DNA of 64,000 nucleotides from an uncultured Alphaproteobacteria bacterium (GTDB lineage Bacteria; Pseudomonadota; Alphaproteobacteria; Sphingomonadales; SMXR01): NCBI GenBank assembly GCA_937126915.1, contig CAKZLM010000017.1, positions 1,357 to 65,356 of the forward strand, read 5' to 3'. Shown piece by piece: positions 26,221 to 34,763 of this stretch (position 1 is its first letter; each line of letters starts with the position of its first letter). The notes under the pieces were generated by a model. It saw only the letters and a program-made list of their open reading frames with translations, ran no database searches and was not told where the DNA came from. The position numbers and the translations under genes were made by a program.

Positions 26221-27036
26221 ATGAGACAAATCGTAATCATCATATCCATGGCTCTTAGCTTTTTTGCTTACAGCAGTTCTAAAGCTGATAGTCAAATTGA
26301 TTATGAAATTGTGTCATCTCCCCTATCGGGCGATGAAATTAAAGCGCTTTTGTTAGAGCACTTTTCTTTAACCTTGGGGGAAGGCTATCAGTTTAATGGC
26401 ACTAACAGCAAATACGATGCTACATCAAATCACTATGATATTACCTATACCACACCTGCCTTCCATCCAGAATATATTACCTATACTAAGCCTGCCTATC
26501 AATCGGTAACGGAAACATGTCAAAGATTGAGTTTTAACATTAGAATCGATATTTGGGATGGGAAGGTAAGGACTAAGACCCAGCGACATTCGCACTCGGA
26601 AATGGCGCTTGGACCTTGTAAAGAAAACATGCATTGGATCAGTCATTTTGGTCACTATTTACCAGATATGATCATAAAAAACATGACTGATAGTTTGAAA
26701 AAATGGTTAAATGACTCGTCAAAAGATCAAGAGTTTAAACAAACTTATATTCCAGACCCTTTTCCAAAATATGAAAATCTTAATAGCATTAGTTTTCTTG
26801 ATAGCATTAATTTAACTAGTTGGTTTTTTTGTTATAATTTTATCTTAAAAACAGATAAAGATGAAACCTTTCAATATCTTGATTTCATTCAGACAAGAGA
26901 AGCAGAATTTAAAGCGCTTACTTATTCATCAGACGATATAGAAACTATAGACATGAAAAATCCTTCCATGGCTTTAGAATATCGCTCTTCACGCTGTGAC
27001 TTAGGGGCTTTTTCAATAATGAATGATAAACAATAA
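26221..27036 (+). CDS. Exported hypothetical protein, paralogue B
   Basis: AGGAGG RBS. Signal peptide MRQIVIIISMALSFFAYSSSKA/DS. Blocks shared with paralogue A include LGEGYQFNG, ALGPC..M.WIS, LKKWL, FPKYENL and SRCDL. Confidence 0.75.
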   Translation: MRQIVIIISMALSFFAYSSSKADSQIDYEIVSSPLSGDEIKALLLEHFSLTLGEGYQFNGTNSKYDATSNHYDITYTTPAFHPEYITYTKPAYQSVTETCQRLSFNIRIDIWDGKVRTKTQRHSHSEMALGPCKENMHWISHFGHYLPDMIIKNMTDSLKKWLNDSSKDQEFKQTYIPDPFPKYENLNSISFLDSINLTSWFFCYNFILKTDKDETFQYLDFIQTREAEFKALTYSSDDIETIDMKNPSMALEYRSSRCDLGAFSIMNDKQ

Positions 27037-27063
27037 AAAGGGCGAGAAATCGCCCTTTTTTTG
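27036..27063. terminator. Bidirectional rho-independent terminator
   Basis: AAAAAGGGCGA-GAAA-TCGCCCTTTTTTT lies between the convergent genes 26221..27036 (+) and 27089..28255 (-). Confidence 0.75.
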
Positions 27064-27088
27064 TTATTTTTCTTAAAACGTTTCAACC

Positions 27089-28255
27089 CTACAAACCGTT
27101 GCGGTCTCGGGCTTCTTTGATCAGGGCCTTGGCGATGATGGTTTGTTGGATTTGGGTGGTGCCTTCATAAATGCGGTAAAGGCGGCTGTCGCGGTATAAT
27201 TGTTCGGCGCGATATTCTTGAATATAACCATTACCGCCATGAACCTGCACATTGCGGTCTGCAACACGGCCCACCATTTCTGAGGCAAACATTTTAGCGC
27301 ATGAGGCCTCGGTTGCGATATTCTCACCCAAATCACGCCGCTTAGCAGCATCCAAAACCATGCATTTGGCGGCGTAAATGTCGGCCTTTGAATCAGCGAA
27401 CATGGCCTGCAGCAATTGAAACTCAGCAATGGGTTTGCCAAATTGCTTGCGGGTAACGGCATAATCCATCATGTCATCCAACATGCGAGAGGCCAGCCCC
27501 ACACAACTAGCCGCAATGTGAAGGCGACCTTTATCCAGCACCTTCATCGCGGTTTTAAAGCCAACCCCTTCAACACCGCCTATCAGGGCATCGGCAGGTA
27601 CGCGGCTATCTTCAAAAATGACATCACACACATGCGCCCCTTGTTGGCCCATTTTCTTTTCGGGTTTACCAAGCGATAAACCGGGCGTGCCCGCTTCAAC
27701 CGCAAAGGCCGAAACGCCGCGCGCGCCCTTCTCAGAGAGGTCAGTACGGGCCATCACGGTGAACAAACCCGCATGAGGGGCGTTGGTGATATAGCGTTTG
27801 GTGCCATTGATCACATAATGATCACCATCCTTAACGGCGGTGGTGCGCACACTACCAGCGTCAGAGCCTGCATCGGGTTCAGTTAAGGCAAACGAGCCAA
27901 CCAAATCACCACTGGCAAGACGCGGTAGATATTTTTGTTTTTGATCATCGGTGCCATCAATGGCAATGCCTTGCGAGCCGATGCCTAAATTGGTGCCAAA
28001 TAATGAGCGAAAGGCAGGTGCCGCGCGGCCTAATTCCATTGCCAGCATGACCTCTTCTTCCATATTGACACCCAAACCACCAAAATCAGGCGAGATGGTT
28101 AAACCAAACAGCCCCATGTCTTTCATTTCTTGGGCAATGTCATCAGGAATGGAATCGGTCTCATTGACAATGGGTTCGGCAGGTATCAAACGCTCGCTCA
28201 CAAAGCGACGAACGGTTTCCAAAAACTGGTCACGCACTTCTGGTTCTAAAGCCAT
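27089..28255 (-). CDS. Acyl-CoA dehydrogenase
   Basis: 388-aa ORF with ACAD family motifs (FALTEPDAGSD, YITNA, QVHGGNGYIQEY, RIYEGTTQIQ). Confidence 0.9.
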   Translation of the reverse strand: MALEPEVRDQFLETVRRFVSERLIPAEPIVNETDSIPDDIAQEMKDMGLFGLTISPDFGGLGVNMEEEVMLAMELGRAAPAFRSLFGTNLGIGSQGIAIDGTDDQKQKYLPRLASGDLVGSFALTEPDAGSDAGSVRTTAVKDGDHYVINGTKRYITNAPHAGLFTVMARTDLSEKGARGVSAFAVEAGTPGLSLGKPEKKMGQQGAHVCDVIFEDSRVPADALIGGVEGVGFKTAMKVLDKGRLHIAASCVGLASRMLDDMMDYAVTRKQFGKPIAEFQLLQAMFADSKADIYAAKCMVLDAAKRRDLGENIATEASCAKMFASEMVGRVADRNVQVHGGNGYIQEYRAEQLYRDSRLYRIYEGTTQIQQTIIAKALIKEARDRNGL

Positions 28256-28407
28256 AAATTCCCCCTGACTTATTCAATAATAGCTTTTCTCGGACTAGGT
28301 TAACCACAGCCACTAGTTTTTTCAACAAATCATACGTGCCAAAACCTGAAACAGATTTGTGCAATTATGCTAGACACCTGATATAATTGAGTTATCCTGA
28401 ACACACT

Positions 28408-28980
28408 ATGGCTGAAATTGAAACACAACAAGTAAAATTACAAGGCGGGCAAGAGCTGATTTTGCGCACCGCCCTGCCCCGTGATGCATGGGCCGTGGTT
28501 GACTTTAGAAAGCACGCCGCCGCCACCAGTCGTTATCTCATCGCTAGACCAGAAGAATATCACCGCAGTTCATGGCAGGAACGCTCTCACCTAAAACGTG
28601 TTTTAAAAACCGAAGATCAAGTTTATATCTTAGCTGAAGACGATAAAGGCGACATTATTGGCCTTGTCACCACGCAGGTTTTTAGACGCCAACGCACCCG
28701 CCACATCATTGAGTTTGGCATTGCCGTCCACAGTGCTTGGCGAGGATCTGGCTTGGGGTCATTGATGTTGGAAGAATTAATTCGCTGGGCTGAAACAGTG
28801 CCCACGCTAGAGAAAATCGAATTGCATGTTCATGCCAATAATGAAGGAGCGATCAAGCTTTATCAACGTTATGGTTTTGAAATAGAAGGATGCCGCAAAG
28901 CCGCTTTTAAATATGACGATGGCACCTATATGGACGATATCCTAATGGGGCGCGCCCTTTCGCGATTAAAAAGCTTATAA
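28408..28980 (+). CDS. GNAT-family N-acetyltransferase
   Basis: Acetyl-CoA binding motif (VHSAWRGSGLGSLMLEELI) and YQRYGFE. The ATG at 28408 is preferred over the TTG at 28387. Confidence 0.8.
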   Translation: MAEIETQQVKLQGGQELILRTALPRDAWAVVDFRKHAAATSRYLIARPEEYHRSSWQERSHLKRVLKTEDQVYILAEDDKGDIIGLVTTQVFRRQRTRHIIEFGIAVHSAWRGSGLGSLMLEELIRWAETVPTLEKIELHVHANNEGAIKLYQRYGFEIEGCRKAAFKYDDGTYMDDILMGRALSRLKSL

Positions 28981-29064
28981 ATTGTTGAAAGCCCCTTCGA
29001 TTAAGGGTATAAGCAAGCGAAAGTTGATGACACATCAAGATCAAACAGAAGGGATGGATAACAC

Positions 29065-30216
29065 ATGTCTGAACAGCCAGCGCAAAGTAACCTAGCCAAA
29101 TGGTTTTTATATGGCATTGCGGCCATTGCGTTTCTGGTTGGCATTGGCGGGGCTGCACTGGTGATTTACCGCACAGAAATTATGCTATCCCTACTAACCC
29201 CTGAACAAAGTTTTGGCGAAACCCGCTTGGTCGAAGCACCAAACTTTAATAACATTGATCATTGGAGCATACATCCAGAGGCGCGATATCCTGCGGTAAT
29301 GGCCTCTCAAGACACTGACCTTGCCGATGAAATTGATGTGTTTTACATCCACCCCACCACCCTTTTAAGTGCAGAATATTGGAATGACCCGCTGGACTTT
29401 GAAGACAGCGAAATATTTCTTGAAACCATCATCGAGCCCTACCAGCCATCAGTTTTTGCGCCTTTTGCCAAAATTTATGCGCCCCGCTATCGCCAAGCAA
29501 CCTTAACCGCCTTTCGTGTAAATGATGCCAATGGCACGGCAGCACTGGATATTGCCACAGCCGATGTACTGGCGGCTTTTGATGCCTATATCGCCAATTG
29601 GAATAAAGGCAAACCCTTCATCCTTGCGGGTCACAGCCAGGGAAGCTTTCATGGCTTAAAAGTGTTGATGGAGCGCATTGAGGGCACACCCTTGGCAGAT
29701 CAAATGATCAATGCTTGGTTAATCGGCTGGCCCATTTCGACGGTTAATGATTTGCCTTACATGCAAACCCCAGCTTGCCAAAATGAGCGTGACACGGGTT
29801 GCTTGATCACTTGGAACGCCATTATGCAGGGCGGTGATATTCGCGGTTGGTTTGACCCTATTCAGCATTGGCGCGGTCTTAATGGCGCCGGCAGCATTAC
29901 TGAAAAACCACTGTGCCATAATCCGCTATCCTTCAACCGCGATGATGAATTTGTCCCAGCCTCAGAGCATAAAGGCAGTGTTGCGATGGTGCCTGCCATT
30001 GATATTAAACTGATTGATCTTGGCATTGGGGCTGCCTGCAGTGAGAGCGGTGGTTTGTTTGTTAACAGTTTTGAGCATGGTGCCTTCAACAGCTTTTTAT
30101 TGCCGGACAAAAGCTTGCACCTTTATGATTATGCCCTTTTTTATGCCAATATGCAGGAAAATGCGAAACAACGCACCCTCGCCTTTTTGGCAGCAAAAGA
30201 AAGCGTCATCCCATGA
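29065..30216 (+). CDS. DUF3089-like alpha/beta hydrolase with an N-terminal membrane anchor
   Basis: N-terminal TM segment (WFLYGIAAIAFLVGIGGAALVIY), APRYRQATL, and a nucleophile elbow (ILAGHSQGSFHG). Confidence 0.65.
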   Translation: MSEQPAQSNLAKWFLYGIAAIAFLVGIGGAALVIYRTEIMLSLLTPEQSFGETRLVEAPNFNNIDHWSIHPEARYPAVMASQDTDLADEIDVFYIHPTTLLSAEYWNDPLDFEDSEIFLETIIEPYQPSVFAPFAKIYAPRYRQATLTAFRVNDANGTAALDIATADVLAAFDAYIANWNKGKPFILAGHSQGSFHGLKVLMERIEGTPLADQMINAWLIGWPISTVNDLPYMQTPACQNERDTGCLITWNAIMQGGDIRGWFDPIQHWRGLNGAGSITEKPLCHNPLSFNRDDEFVPASEHKGSVAMVPAIDIKLIDLGIGAACSESGGLFVNSFEHGAFNSFLLPDKSLHLYDYALFYANMQENAKQRTLAFLAAKESVIP

Positions 30217-30677
30217 TCGTGTCATTTGAGGAATTTGCCAAAGCGTTAAACATTGGCGATCGCGTCATGGGGTTAGACATTGGATCAAAAACCATTGGTC
30301 TCGCCTTGTCAGATACCACTCGCACCATTTCAACACCGATGGAATTGGTTAAGCGCACAAAGTTTACCAAAGACGCCAATCGCATTCTTGATCTGTGCCA
30401 GCAGCAACGGGTGGCAGGTTTGGTGCTTGGCATGCCGGTTAACATGGATGGAACGGAAGGACCACGGTGCCAATCCACCCGTCAATTCGCTGAAAACATT
30501 GGCGAAATTTCTGACATTATGGTCACCTATTGGGACGAGCGCTTATCAACAGCTGCTGTTACCCGCACCCTGATTGAGGCTGATCGCAGCCGTGCTAGAC
30601 GAAAAGAATTGGTTGATAAAATGGCCGCAAGCTATATTCTGCAAGGCGCGCTTGATCGGTTACAAACGATGGGATAA
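30213..30677 (+). CDS. ruvX: YqgF/RuvX putative pre-16S rRNA nuclease
   Basis: 154-aa ORF with GLDIGSKTIGLALSD and DERLST motifs. ATGA overlap with the upstream gene. Confidence 0.9.
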   Translation: MIVSFEEFAKALNIGDRVMGLDIGSKTIGLALSDTTRTISTPMELVKRTKFTKDANRILDLCQQQRVAGLVLGMPVNMDGTEGPRCQSTRQFAENIGEISDIMVTYWDERLSTAAVTRTLIEADRSRARRKELVDKMAASYILQGALDRLQTMG

Positions 30678-30685
30678 CAAACGTC

Positions 30686-31714
30686 ATGTCTGATGCTGAT
30701 AACACCACCCAAACACCGCACTTTTCTGACTATCGCCGGGCCATGGTTGACCCCGCTGATGGTGGCCCTAAGTTTCGCCAAAAACATTTCTTAGCGATTG
30801 AGGGTATGGATCCCATTGCCATCCAATATCTATTGGATAAAGCCGATCATTATGCCGACTTTAATCGCCAACCTTTAAAGCATTCTGACCTTGGTCGTGG
30901 CCTCACCCAGATCAATATGTTTTTCGAAAATTCAACCCGCACCTTAATGTCGTTTGATATTGCAGGCAAGCGTTTGGGGTTGAATGTATCGTCTTTCACC
31001 GCCTCGACCAGTTCTTTGAAAAAAGGCGAAACATTGCTGGATACAACCACCACCCTTGATGCCATGCGCCCCGATGTGGTGGTATTGCGACACAGCGAAT
31101 CTGGCGCTGTGGCCCAGCTGGCTGAACATTTAAATTGCGGCATTATTAACGCTGGTGATGGCACCCACGAACACCCTACACAGGCCCTGCTTGATGCCCT
31201 AACCATTCGCCGCACCCGTGGTCATATTCACGGCCTTACCGTTACGATTTGCGGGGACATTAAACACAGCCGTGTGGCGCGATCTAACATTCACTTGCTA
31301 AACGCCATGGGGGCCAAGGTTCGTGTTATTGGCCCTGAAAGCCTAATCCCAGACGAGATTGACCGCATGGGGGTTGAGGTTTTCTATACCATGGAAGAAG
31401 GCCTTAAAGGTAGCGACATTGTGATGATGTTGCGCATTCAAAAAGAACGCATTGAAAATATCAACAGCTTGTCCCTTGATACCTATCATAAACATTGGGG
31501 CCTAACACCAGAACGCTTAAACCTTGCCAATGAAGGCGCTCATGTGATGCACCCGGGCCCCATGAACCGTGGTTTAGAGATTGCTTCTATGGTTGCAGAT
31601 GACCCTGTTCGATCACTGATCACCCTACAAGTTGAAATGGGTGTGGCTGCCCGTATGGCTGTGATTGATGCCCTAACTGAACCAACCCGTGCCCTTGCAG
31701 CACAATCATCCTAA
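30686..31714 (+). CDS. pyrB: Aspartate carbamoyltransferase catalytic subunit
   Basis: FFENSTRT, HPTQALLD and HPGPMNRG motifs. Confidence 0.95.
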   Translation: MSDADNTTQTPHFSDYRRAMVDPADGGPKFRQKHFLAIEGMDPIAIQYLLDKADHYADFNRQPLKHSDLGRGLTQINMFFENSTRTLMSFDIAGKRLGLNVSSFTASTSSLKKGETLLDTTTTLDAMRPDVVVLRHSESGAVAQLAEHLNCGIINAGDGTHEHPTQALLDALTIRRTRGHIHGLTVTICGDIKHSRVARSNIHLLNAMGAKVRVIGPESLIPDEIDRMGVEVFYTMEEGLKGSDIVMMLRIQKERIENINSLSLDTYHKHWGLTPERLNLANEGAHVMHPGPMNRGLEIASMVADDPVRSLITLQVEMGVAARMAVIDALTEPTRALAAQSS

Positions 31715-31756
31715 CGCTTCAACAGATAATAAACGCTTTGACGAATTGACATTTTC

Positions 31757-32842
31757 ATGACTGAACAGCCCCCATTGCCAGTGCCTGCAGGCAATATTTT
31801 AATCACCAATGCCCATATTTTTGATCCCGCTGAGGGGCTTGATATGAAAGGCGCCGACTTATTGATCATTGATGGGGTTATTCGGGATATTGCACTAACA
31901 ATCGATGCGCCCCTTGGGGTTGAAACCATAAATGCAAAGGGCCATTTACTTCTACCCGGTTTGATTGATTGTGACTTTGTTGATTATGATCCAATCTCGG
32001 CCCTTTATGGCGGCATCACAACGCTTGTTACAGGCAAAAACACTGCAACAAACAGCGACAATTATGACCAAGTAATGGGACCAAGACTGCATTGTCATGC
32101 CAACCATCAAATCGAGCGGCCCATTCTAGCCAGCGAAACAGGCCTTGCCCTTGCAGGCGACACCGCAAATCGCATGGGATTAGAAGGTATAGCCGTTGAT
32201 GCCGAAACTAACTTTTTAAAGCAATTTCCCCCCAAGGCAACGACACTTTTAGGGCCCATGTCCAGCTATTTTGGCCTAGACCATTTAAGACACATGCAGG
32301 ATGATGGCCTAATTGCCCTTACCCATCCTGCTTATTTCTCTTTAAACGAATTAGCCATTGTAGGGTATGACACACGGGCAAAGTTTTTCCCGCCTTTGCG
32401 CCTTGACTTTGATCGCCAAGGAGTGATCGATGCCCTAAATGATGGCACCATCAAGATCATTGCTTCAGGGCATGTAAAAACAACCCGTGATGATAAGTCG
32501 CTGCCTTTTGCTCAGGCGAAAGCTGGCATGCCCGCTCAAACATCGATGCTGACCATGCTGTTAGAATTAACCAACACGGGGGCCAGTGACCTCAATAGTC
32601 TGCTGCCTTTGGTGACCACCAACCCCGCCAATCATTTTGATCTGCCGCAAGGGCGTTTAAAAGCTGGCACCCCTGGTGATGTCATTCTCGTTGACCCAAC
32701 CAAGCCACACCGCCTGCTTGCCAACCATTCGCGCCAAGGACACCGACAAGAAGATATTGTCTGTCCATTAGATAGACGACCTGTTCAAGGCTGTGTTATA
32801 AAGACCATTATCAATGGCCATACCGTGTTTGAGAGGACATAA
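31757..32842 (+). CDS. Dihydroorotase-like protein, probably non-catalytic (PyrC')
   Basis: Amidohydrolase fold (LLLPGLID..., IIASGH...). The HxH metal motif is replaced by CDF (PGLIDCDFVD), and the DHAPH Asp position reads SGHVKT. The gene lies directly downstream of pyrB. Confidence 0.7.
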   Translation: MTEQPPLPVPAGNILITNAHIFDPAEGLDMKGADLLIIDGVIRDIALTIDAPLGVETINAKGHLLLPGLIDCDFVDYDPISALYGGITTLVTGKNTATNSDNYDQVMGPRLHCHANHQIERPILASETGLALAGDTANRMGLEGIAVDAETNFLKQFPPKATTLLGPMSSYFGLDHLRHMQDDGLIALTHPAYFSLNELAIVGYDTRAKFFPPLRLDFDRQGVIDALNDGTIKIIASGHVKTTRDDKSLPFAQAKAGMPAQTSMLTMLLELTNTGASDLNSLLPLVTTNPANHFDLPQGRLKAGTPGDVILVDPTKPHRLLANHSRQGHRQEDIVCPLDRRPVQGCVIKTIINGHTVFERT

Positions 32843-32848
32843 AAACCC

Positions 32849-33478
32849 ATGACCGAAACCAGCATGCTAAGCGACCTAAACTTATTAATCTGTTTGGTTG
32901 GTGGATATTTGTTAGGGGCCGTGCCTTTTGGCTTGGTTTTAACGCGAATGGCGGGCCTTGGGGATATTCGTCAAATTGGTTCTGGCAACATAGGGGCCAC
33001 CAATGTTTTACGCACGGGTCATAAGTTTTTGGCATTATTAACCCTGCTGCTTGATAGCGGTAAGGGGGCCATTGCTGTTGGCATCGGCTATATGCTAGAG
33101 CCAGTGCATGGCCCAGCCATTGGGGGCACGGCGGCCTTTTTAGGCCATGTATTCCCTATATGGCTTAAATTTAAGGGTGGCAAAGGTGTGGCAACCTTTT
33201 TAGGCACCTTATTTGCCTTAAACCTGATGATTGGTGTCATTGCAGGGTTAAGCTGGCTGGTAAGTGCGGTATTATTCAAAATATCATCACTTAGCGCCTT
33301 AATTGCCACCTTAGTGATTCTTGTGGTTAGTTATTTTGACTTGCTTAATATTGCTGACCCCAGCTTGTTCCCTGCAATTTTAGCGATGGGTGCCCTCATC
33401 TTTTGGGCGCACCGCAGCAACATTGTTCGTATTCTTGAAGGGGTTGAGCCTAAGATAGGCGGTAAGAAAAAAGACTAA
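32849..33478 (+). CDS. plsY: Glycerol-3-phosphate acyltransferase PlsY
   Basis: Polytopic 209-aa ORF with GSGNIGATN and FKGGKGVAT motifs. Confidence 0.92.
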   Translation: MTETSMLSDLNLLICLVGGYLLGAVPFGLVLTRMAGLGDIRQIGSGNIGATNVLRTGHKFLALLTLLLDSGKGAIAVGIGYMLEPVHGPAIGGTAAFLGHVFPIWLKFKGGKGVATFLGTLFALNLMIGVIAGLSWLVSAVLFKISSLSALIATLVILVVSYFDLLNIADPSLFPAILAMGALIFWAHRSNIVRILEGVEPKIGGKKKD

Positions 33479-33487
33479 GCACCACTT

Positions 33488-34666
33488 TTGATTGACAAGG
33501 AAAAATTATTAATCACAATAGATTGCATGAGTGATCCTAGTCAAAACCGCATTAACAATCATGAACGACTGGCCCGCCTGCGCCTTATTCGCAGTGACAA
33601 TATTGGCCCCATTACTTTTCGCCATTTGTTAGCCAACTCTAAAACCGCCGACGCAGCGCTTGACGCCATCCCAGATCTGGCCAAAAAGGGGGGCCGCAAA
33701 AAGCCCATAAAAATTTACCCAAAAGCACAGGCTGAAAAAGAATTAGCCGGCGCAAAAGCATTTGGCGCACGCTTTATTATATGGGGTGATGATTTTTACC
33801 CCACCCCTCTTGCGCAATTAGAAGATGCACCGCCTGTATTACTTGCTAAGGGACACATCCATTTATTTGACAAACCCAGCATCGCTATTGTGGGTGCCAG
33901 AAACGCCAGTGCTGCAGGTCAAAAAATTGCCCGCACCATAGCAACAGAATTGGGTGAGCGCGATTGTATCGTCACATCTGGCTTGGCACGAGGCATTGAT
34001 ACGAACGCCCATGTGGGGGCCCTTAAAACCGGCACCATTGCGGTTTTAGGTACAGGCCTTGACGTTCCCTACCCGCGCGAAAACAAAGAATTGCAGCAAG
34101 CTGTCAGTGAACAAGGCTTACTATTATCAGAACACCCCTTGGGCACCAAACCACAGGCCAGCCACTTTCCGCGCCGCAACCGCATCATCTCAGGCCTTAG
34201 CTTAGGTGTTTTGGTTGTTGAAGCCGCACCAAAATCTGGCTCATTGATCACATCACGACTAGCCCTTGAACAGGGGCGTCAAGTTTTTGCCATTCCCGGC
34301 TCGCCGCTTGATCCGCGCGCGCAAGGCTGCAACGGACTTATTAAACAAGGGGCGGCATTGATCGAATCAGGTGATGATATTATTGATATTATCACCCCAA
34401 TTTTAAAGTCCCCGCTTTCAGAACCCGATAATCTTAGCTTCAATTTTGGTGATGACGGAGCAAACCCTTCCCCCAACGAAAAAGACCATGAAACACTGCT
34501 TGCCAGCCTTAGTTATCATGCCGTTCATCTGGATGAATTGTTACGCTCTACAGACCTTGACGCCGCCACCGCCATGGCTGTTATTTTAGAATTAGAGCTG
34601 GCTGGGCGATTGATCCGCTACCCTGGAAATATGATTTGTTTAAGCCAGGATGACGCAACTAATTAA
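33488..34666 (+). CDS. dprA: DNA-processing protein DprA (Smf)
   Basis: Rossmann-like DprA core (IVGARNASAAG, SGLARGID, FPRRNRIISGLS, GSLITSRLALEQGR). The start is either the TTG at 33488 or the ATG at 33527. Confidence 0.9.
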   Translation: MIDKEKLLITIDCMSDPSQNRINNHERLARLRLIRSDNIGPITFRHLLANSKTADAALDAIPDLAKKGGRKKPIKIYPKAQAEKELAGAKAFGARFIIWGDDFYPTPLAQLEDAPPVLLAKGHIHLFDKPSIAIVGARNASAAGQKIARTIATELGERDCIVTSGLARGIDTNAHVGALKTGTIAVLGTGLDVPYPRENKELQQAVSEQGLLLSEHPLGTKPQASHFPRRNRIISGLSLGVLVVEAAPKSGSLITSRLALEQGRQVFAIPGSPLDPRAQGCNGLIKQGAALIESGDDIIDIITPILKSPLSEPDNLSFNFGDDGANPSPNEKDHETLLASLSYHAVHLDELLRSTDLDAATAMAVILELELAGRLIRYPGNMICLSQDDATN

Positions 34667-34763
34667 GGGGCCAATGGCTGATTCTGCTTGATCATCGCCC
34701 CAATCTGCTCTAGCTGAATAAAGGAAGAGACGTATAACTAAAGCAAAAAACGGATATTAATTT

